Assembly: GCA_902761625.1 (NCBI GenBank)
Contig: CACWLH010000002.1
Span: 8,126-72,125 of the forward strand
Direction of reading: 5' to 3'
Length of the DNA: 64,000 nt
From: an uncultured Erysipelotrichaceae bacterium
GTDB lineage: Bacteria; Bacillota_I; Bacilli_A; Erysipelotrichales; Erysipelotrichaceae
Within the stretch, counting starts at the first letter, position 1. Each line of letters begins with the position of its first letter. Made by a program: the position numbers and the translations under genes. This document shows positions 59,239-64,000 of this stretch, piece after piece. Under the pieces are notes generated by a model that saw only the letters and a list, made by a program, of their open reading frames with translations, searched no databases and was not told the origin of the DNA.

Positions 59239-60429
59239 ATGGACACTATGAAAAAAACAGGATTAACGCTATTAACTGCCGTTTTGCTGGCGGGATGCAC
59301 ATCAGCGCCGGATCAATCCGCTGCTGAAAACACAACCCCGCTGGATGGCGATCCATATACACTCTATACAGATGAGCTGAATCGGGAAAACATCCCGGAT
59401 TCCGCCTCATACAGTGTCAGATGCGAATACCGCTTCCGGTTCTCCGATGACACGCTCAGTCTGTATTCCATGGACGGTGTGCTCGAAAGCGATGAAGCCA
59501 ATGAAACAGCGCACCTGACCCAGCATATCGCAGCCAACGGCCTGAATTCGACCATGGAATCGTATTATTACGATGACACATTGTTCAATGAATATAACGG
59601 CATCACATATTATGAAAACATGACATTCGCCAATGTGAAGGAAATCATGCTGGTGCCGCTGAAGCCGTATGCCTTTCCTGAACAGCTGATCGAAACCGTA
59701 TCAGCCGTCAAGGATGAGGAAGGCAATCACATCTATACGATCGTGCTGAATGAACAAAGCCGTCAGGATTATTTCAAAAACCATTATGACTTCTATGGCA
59801 CTGCCTCATTTGATCAGGCGGAAGTGACTTACGGCTCTGTGCGCGCTGTCTTCTCCGAAGAGGGCAGATGGCTCTCGGAAACCGCTGAATTCACAACAAA
59901 TTTTGTCTATGAGGAACAGCCCATCGAGGCGACATATACATCGGAAGTATCTGTATTCAATCATGATGCGACCAGAATCACACTCAGCGATGAGCTGAAA
60001 AAGAAACATCAGACCTATGTGGCGGCTGCGGATATCGATACCAGCCAGATTGCGGATGATACGCAATATGATGATTCCCCGGAGGAAACCGTCAGCGCCA
60101 CATTCCGCAAGCGTTTGATCAACCGGCTTGGCTATGAGGAGATCGAGGGCGGCGCTGTGCGGATGATATACAACACCAACGAAGGCTACACAGTCGATTT
60201 CACGAACAAAACATTCATTTATTCAAACTACTCGATCAATTATGTTTACAGCTGGCAGGGCGATCTGATCTCCATGGGTGCGTGCACCTATGATTTCGGC
60301 AAGGATCTCGCCAGCAGTGAATGCAAGGATTCCACCATTGAAAAGATGAAAGACGTCAGGAACTACCTGATGATGGAACTATACTACTGCGGCCTGTCAC
60401 TTGAGGATCTGCAGTCGGAAAACAGCTGA
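59239..60429 (+). CDS. Hypothetical lipoprotein
   Basis: Lipobox AVLLAGCTS. No family recognised. Confidence 0.7.
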   Translation: MDTMKKTGLTLLTAVLLAGCTSAPDQSAAENTTPLDGDPYTLYTDELNRENIPDSASYSVRCEYRFRFSDDTLSLYSMDGVLESDEANETAHLTQHIAANGLNSTMESYYYDDTLFNEYNGITYYENMTFANVKEIMLVPLKPYAFPEQLIETVSAVKDEEGNHIYTIVLNEQSRQDYFKNHYDFYGTASFDQAEVTYGSVRAVFSEEGRWLSETAEFTTNFVYEEQPIEATYTSEVSVFNHDATRITLSDELKKKHQTYVAAADIDTSQIADDTQYDDSPEETVSATFRKRLINRLGYEEIEGGAVRMIYNTNEGYTVDFTNKTFIYSNYSINYVYSWQGDLISMGACTYDFGKDLASSECKDSTIEKMKDVRNYLMMELYYCGLSLEDLQSENS

Positions 60430-60438
60430 GGAGGAAAT

Positions 60439-60708
60439 ATGAGAGCGGTTATTTCAGTCGTAGGAAAAGACAGACCCGGCATCCTCGCTTTTGTGGCGAC
60501 GGAGTGCGCAAAAAGACAGATCAATATTGTGGATGTGACCCAGAAGGTTCTTCAGGATCTGTTTACAATGATCATGATTGTGGAAATCCCTGAAGACCTC
60601 GAAAACATGCACAAGATCGCGGATGAATTTGATCAGCTCGGCGATGAGCAGGGCCTCAAGATTCATTTCATGCATGAAGACATCTTCAACGCGATGCATA
60701 CGATTTAA
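60439..60708 (+). CDS. ACT-domain protein (UPF0237 family)
   Basis: [20 protein letters not shown]...; the typical partner of the following UPF0210 gene. Confidence 0.8.
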   Translation: MRAVISVVGKDRPGILAFVATECAKRQINIVDVTQKVLQDLFTMIMIVEIPEDLENMHKIADEFDQLGDEQGLKIHFMHEDIFNAMHTI

Positions 60709-60718
60709 GGAGGTCGCC

Positions 60719-62080
60719 ATGCCCCGTACATCTGAAAATATCCTGGAGACAATCCGGATGATCGATGAGGAGTGCCTTGATATCAGAACCGTCACGATGG
60801 GAATCTCCCTGATGGACTGCGCGGATGCGGATATCGATGCCTCCTGTGAAAAGATCTACCGCAAGATCACGTCAAAGGCAAAGGATCTGGTCAGAGTGAC
60901 CGGTGACATTTCCCGTGAATACGGCATTCCGATTGTCAATTCCAGAATTTCCGTCACTCCGGTCTCCTTGCTGGCAAGTGTGTCCGGCGGAGATTGTGTC
61001 AAATATGCGAAGACCCTGGACAGAGCAGGCAAGGAGCTCGGTGTCAATTTCATCGGCGGCTATTCCGCTCTGGTGCAGAAGGGTATGACCGAGGGAGACA
61101 GATTGCTGATTGAATCCATCCCTGAAGCGCTGGCCTCCACGGACATTGTATGTTCCTCGGTGAACATCGGTTCCACCAAAGCCGGCATCAATATGGATGC
61201 GGTCAAAACCATGGGCAGAATTGTGCGCGAATGTTCCGAGAAAACAAAGGACAACAATTGTTTCGGCGCAGCCAAGCTGGTTGTCTTCTGCAATGCGGTT
61301 GAGGACAATCCGTTCATGGCCGGCGCATTCCATGGCATCAGTGAACCCGACTGCGTGATCAATGTCGGTGTCTCCGGACCCGGTGTTGTGCGCAATGCGG
61401 TCAGAGAGGCAGGCCATGGAGCTTCCATGAATGACATTGCGGAAATCATCAAGAAAACCGCTTTTAAAGTCACAAGAATGGGCCAGCTGGTCGGCCGTGA
61501 GGCTTCCAGACGCCTGAATGTGCCTTTTGGCATCGTCGATCTTTCCCTGGCTCCCACCCCTGCTGTCGGTGATTCCGTTGCCCAGATCCTTGAAGAAATC
61601 GGTCTTGAACAGTGCGGGGGCCCCGGCACAACCGCATGTCTTGCGATGCTCAATGACGCCGTCAAAAAAGGCGGTATCATGGCTTCCAGCTCGGTCGGCG
61701 GATTATCCGGCGCATTCATTCCGGTCAGTGAGGATGCAGGCATGATCGCCGCTGCTGAAGCCGGTACGCTCACCATTGAAAAGCTTGAGGCAATGACGGC
61801 CGTATGTTCGGTCGGACTTGATATGATCATTGTCCCGGGTGATACAAGTGCGGAAACACTCTCCGCCATTATTGCCGATGAGGCAGCCATCGGCATGATC
61901 AATTCCAAGACAACCGCATGCCGTCTGATTCCCGCCATCGGCAAAGAGGCAGGGGATCATCTGGTCTTCGGCGGCCTGCTTGGCGAAGGTCCTGTCATGC
62001 CTGTCAAAACAGTCAGTCCGGCCGTTATGATAAATCGCGGCGGTCGTATACCATCTCCGATTCAAAGTCTGAAAAACTGA
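60719..62080 (+). CDS. UPF0210/DUF711-family protein
   Basis: [27 protein letters not shown]... AGGAGG RBS before the ATG at 60719. The ORF-track start at 60578 is rejected. Confidence 0.8.
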   Translation: MPRTSENILETIRMIDEECLDIRTVTMGISLMDCADADIDASCEKIYRKITSKAKDLVRVTGDISREYGIPIVNSRISVTPVSLLASVSGGDCVKYAKTLDRAGKELGVNFIGGYSALVQKGMTEGDRLLIESIPEALASTDIVCSSVNIGSTKAGINMDAVKTMGRIVRECSEKTKDNNCFGAAKLVVFCNAVEDNPFMAGAFHGISEPDCVINVGVSGPGVVRNAVREAGHGASMNDIAEIIKKTAFKVTRMGQLVGREASRRLNVPFGIVDLSLAPTPAVGDSVAQILEEIGLEQCGGPGTTACLAMLNDAVKKGGIMASSSVGGLSGAFIPVSEDAGMIAAAEAGTLTIEKLEAMTAVCSVGLDMIIVPGDTSAETLSAIIADEAAIGMINSKTTACRLIPAIGKEAGDHLVFGGLLGEGPVMPVKTVSPAVMINRGGRIPSPIQSLKN

Positions 62081-62122
62081 GAAATTTGTAGTATTATAGA
62101 AGTATCTATGGGAGATTTTATT

Positions 62123-63565
62123 ATGGAAAGAACACAGACGGAAAAGGAAATCAGAGATCTGGTAGAAAAAGCTGCGTCTGGCGACCGTGAGTCGGTCAGC
62201 ACACTGCTTAAGACATTCACATCTGATATGTACTTTATTACCAGACTTTATGTGGGAAATAAAAATACAGCCAGATCCTCTGAACAGACAGCACTGCGCA
62301 ATGCATTGAGAAATCTCAGAGACTCAGTATCTGCGGACAGTTTCGAAGAATGGCTGGGAGATATTGTCAGAGATACAGCTCTGGAGAATATCCCGCAGGT
62401 CAAAGTCAGTGATAATACGGACCTGAAGTACACCAACAAGGATGAGATTCCCGATACCGGTCTCATTCTTCCGGAAGACAAGGATGAATGCAAAATCCGT
62501 ATTCTTCATGCACTCGACACACTGCCTTCCAGTGAAAGAGTGGCAGCCGCATTGCGTTATTATGATCTCTGCTCACTGGATGAAATCAGCCGCAAGCTGA
62601 ACATCTCCAAGGATGACACAAGAAAGCTTCTCGCTTCGGCTAAGCAAATCCTGGCAGAAGGCGATACCGGTGTGTCCGCGCTGCTTGCGTTGGCTTCCAA
62701 GGTCAATCCGAAACTCTCCTTTGAGGATGAGCCGGTTGTCGAAAGCGATGATGAAATTCTCGAACCTGGTGATTTCTCGCTGACTGATATGATCAGTGCT
62801 GTCAAGGAAGGCAATGATGAATTGAATGACGTTGATCTGAGTTTCAAAGAGCCTGAAAAAGAAGAGGAAGAGGAATTCAGAATCGACTACGATGATGAGG
62901 AAAAGAAAGAGGAAAATCCTTTCGGTGACCTCAGCTTCGAGGATAAAAAACCCAAAGAGCCGGAAAAGGATCGTTTCTTTGATATTCCTGAAGAAGTTGA
63001 TCCGGAGCCGACCAAGGTTGTTGAATCCATGAATCAGGTTCTTCAGACGGCTGACGATGACGATGATGATTATGACAAAAAGCCCCGCAAAAAGAAGAAG
63101 GGCGGCTTCTTCAGATGGTTCCTGCCGCTGCTGTTAATCGCAGCACTGGCCGGAGGTGCGTTCTATCTCTTTGGAATCAAGGGCTATACCATTGATGATA
63201 TCAAGAGTCTGATTCCTGGCATGAACAGCAAGCCTGCTGAAACAGTCACTCCGGAACCGACTCCTGAAGCAACCCCCACACCGACGCCTGAAGCAACTCC
63301 GACGCCGACTCCTGAGGCAACTCCAACACCTGAGCCCACTGAGGAAGCAGTTGCCGGCATCGGCAAGGCATATACAAATGTTTCTGACCTGTCGATCAGA
63401 AACGGTGCAGGCATCAACTACGATTTCATCGAAGTTGCGGCAGCTGAGACAGAATATGATGTATTCGAAACTGCGGAAGCGGACGGATACACATGGTACA
63501 GAATCGGCGAAGACAGATGGATTCCGAGTGAAGGAACCTGGATCACATATACACCGAATGAATGA
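62123..63565 (+). CDS. Membrane-tethered ECF-like sigma factor fusion: sigma70 r2/r4, acidic linker, TM helix, Pro/Thr linker and extracellular SH3b-like domain
   Basis: The r2-like segment is FEEWLGDIVRDTAL. The r4 HTH is LPSSERVAAALRYYDLCSLDEISRKLNISKDDTRKLLASAKQIL. The TM segment is FFRWFLPLLLIAALAGGAFYLFGI. The C-terminal end is YTWYRIGEDRWIPSEG. Confidence 0.7.
   Translation: MERTQTEKEIRDLVEKAASGDRESVSTLLKTFTSDMYFITRLYVGNKNTARSSEQTALRNALRNLRDSVSADSFEEWLGDIVRDTALENIPQVKVSDNTDLKYTNKDEIPDTGLILPEDKDECKIRILHALDTLPSSERVAAALRYYDLCSLDEISRKLNISKDDTRKLLASAKQILAEGDTGVSALLALASKVNPKLSFEDEPVVESDDEILEPGDFSLTDMISAVKEGNDELNDVDLSFKEPEKEEEEEFRIDYDDEEKKEENPFGDLSFEDKKPKEPEKDRFFDIPEEVDPEPTKVVESMNQVLQTADDDDDDYDKKPRKKKKGGFFRWFLPLLLIAALAGGAFYLFGIKGYTIDDIKSLIPGMNSKPAETVTPEPTPEATPTPTPEATPTPTPEATPTPEPTEEAVAGIGKAYTNVSDLSIRNGAGINYDFIEVAAAETEYDVFETAEADGYTWYRIGEDRWIPSEGTWITYTPNE
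63248..63342 (+). repeat. Imperfect tandem repeat encoding TPEPTPEATPTPTPEATPTPTPEATPTPEPTE
   Basis: The 24-nt unit (acNccgacNcctgaagcaacNccN) occurs about three times. Confidence 0.75.
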
Positions 63566-63571
63566 TCAGAG

Positions 63572-63596
63572 AAACGGCTTCGGCCGTTTTTCTTTC
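63572..63596 (+). terminator. Rho-independent terminator
   Basis: AAACGGC-TTCG-GCCGTTT followed by TTTCTTT. Confidence 0.75.
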
Positions 63597-63628
63597 ACAA
63601 AAAAAGACATATCGTGCGGATATGTCTT
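63597..63628 (-). terminator. Rho-independent terminator for the convergent minus-strand gene
   Basis: AAGACATATC-GTGCG-GATATGTCTT; on the minus strand it is followed by TTTTTTT. Confidence 0.65.
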
Positions 63629-64000
63629 TATGGAAGAAGGTATGGTTTCAGATCGGAGGGAAGCGCATCGGTGAATGTGTTGATGATGAAATCCGATGAT
63701 TTCATGGCTCCGGATGTGATCATGTCACAGGTCTTGGTACGGACCCCCATGATATGGAATTCCAGCATGATCTGCAGCCGTTCGGGAATGATCCCGCCGG
63801 GGAATGCCGGGGAAATCTTCTTTTTGAAATATTCAAGAACGTATTGTGCGGAATAGTTGTAGAGGGAGTTGACACCGCTCATATTCTGCAGTACGTTCAG
63901 ATAGAATTCGTATTTATCGCGAATGAGTTCCGCAATCCGGTCGAGGGTCCAGACATAATCGATTTCATCCGGTTCATTGGCGGTTTTTTCGTCAAAATCA
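63628..64000 (-). CDS. 3' part of a hypothetical protein (the gene continues beyond the window)
   Basis: The minus-strand frame is open from nt 63999 (DFDEKTANEPDEIDYVWTLDRIAELIRDKYEFYLNVLQNMSGV...) to the stop at 63628-63630. It may be the C-terminal ligand domain of a TetR-like regulator, but that is unverified. Confidence 0.5.
   Translation of the reverse strand, partial: DFDEKTANEPDEIDYVWTLDRIAELIRDKYEFYLNVLQNMSGVNSLYNYSAQYVLEYFKKKISPAFPGGIIPERLQIMLEFHIMGVRTKTCDMITSGAMKSSDFIINTFTDALPSDLKPYLLP

Noticed and set aside
60578-60718. Upstream start for the UPF0210 gene
   Set aside because: It would overlap most of the ACT-domain gene in another frame. The ATG at 60719 has an AGGAGG RBS and gives the conserved N-terminus.
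61060-61944. 294-aa minus-strand ORF inside the UPF0210 gene
   Set aside because: It is an Ala/Ser/Pro-rich antisense shadow of a well-conserved plus-strand gene.

Overview
This 64-kb window looks like a Bacillota (Firmicutes) chromosome. A guess at a gut-associated Erysipelotrichia- or Clostridia-like lineage rests only on ribosomal-protein sequences and operon layout, so confidence is low. All calls come from reading the six-frame translations and the DNA by eye; no searches were run. There are five main blocks. (1) nt ~540-14,000 is a tightly packed island of signalling and chaperone genes. It holds a Hanks-type kinase with a coiled coil and YD-like repeats, a PP2C phosphatase, a 702-aa protein of unknown function and a transglutaminase-like protein. 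These are followed by a translationally coupled run of a vWA (TerY-like) protein, a PP2C_2 phosphatase, a kinase with a zinc ribbon, a GrpE-like protein, a lidless Hsp70 and a PPP-family metallophosphatase. The core is a TerY-P-like triad, but the fused chaperone and extra kinase/phosphatase modules are not an arrangement I recognise. This is my main candidate for an undescribed system. A degenerate second vWA-like gene and a membrane protein with a matching acidic tail lie just downstream (14.7-16.6 kb). (2) 16.6-31.3 kb carries accessory and housekeeping genes. These are an esterase lipoprotein, a PcfJ-like protein, a cupin, an Fe-ADH, a SWIM-SNF2 helicase, a UvrA paralogue lacking the UvrB-binding insert and an MFS transporter. 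The block ends with a tandem cystatin-like lipoprotein, a HAD hydrolase and a lipoprotein-anchored barnase with its barstar. (3) 31.8-42.0 kb is a sortase-dependent pilus locus resembling the streptococcal FCT type. It encodes a SipA-like signal peptidase homologue lacking the catalytic Lys, a major pilin, a sortase, a minor pilin and a 2407-aa adhesin. The adhesin contains a compositionally foreign DUF285/LRR module. (4) 42.2-45.3 kb holds a TetR regulator, a cyclase-family hydrolase, and an IS1595-type transposase that has truncated a GH1 6-phospho-beta-glucosidase gene. (5) 45.4-59.1 kb is the complete S10-spc-alpha ribosomal protein supercluster (rpsJ to rplQ). It has no rpmD and no map. 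It is followed by a lipoprotein, an ACT/UPF0210 pair and a membrane-tethered sigma-factor fusion with an SH3b ectodomain. I found no tRNA or rRNA genes and no CRISPR array.
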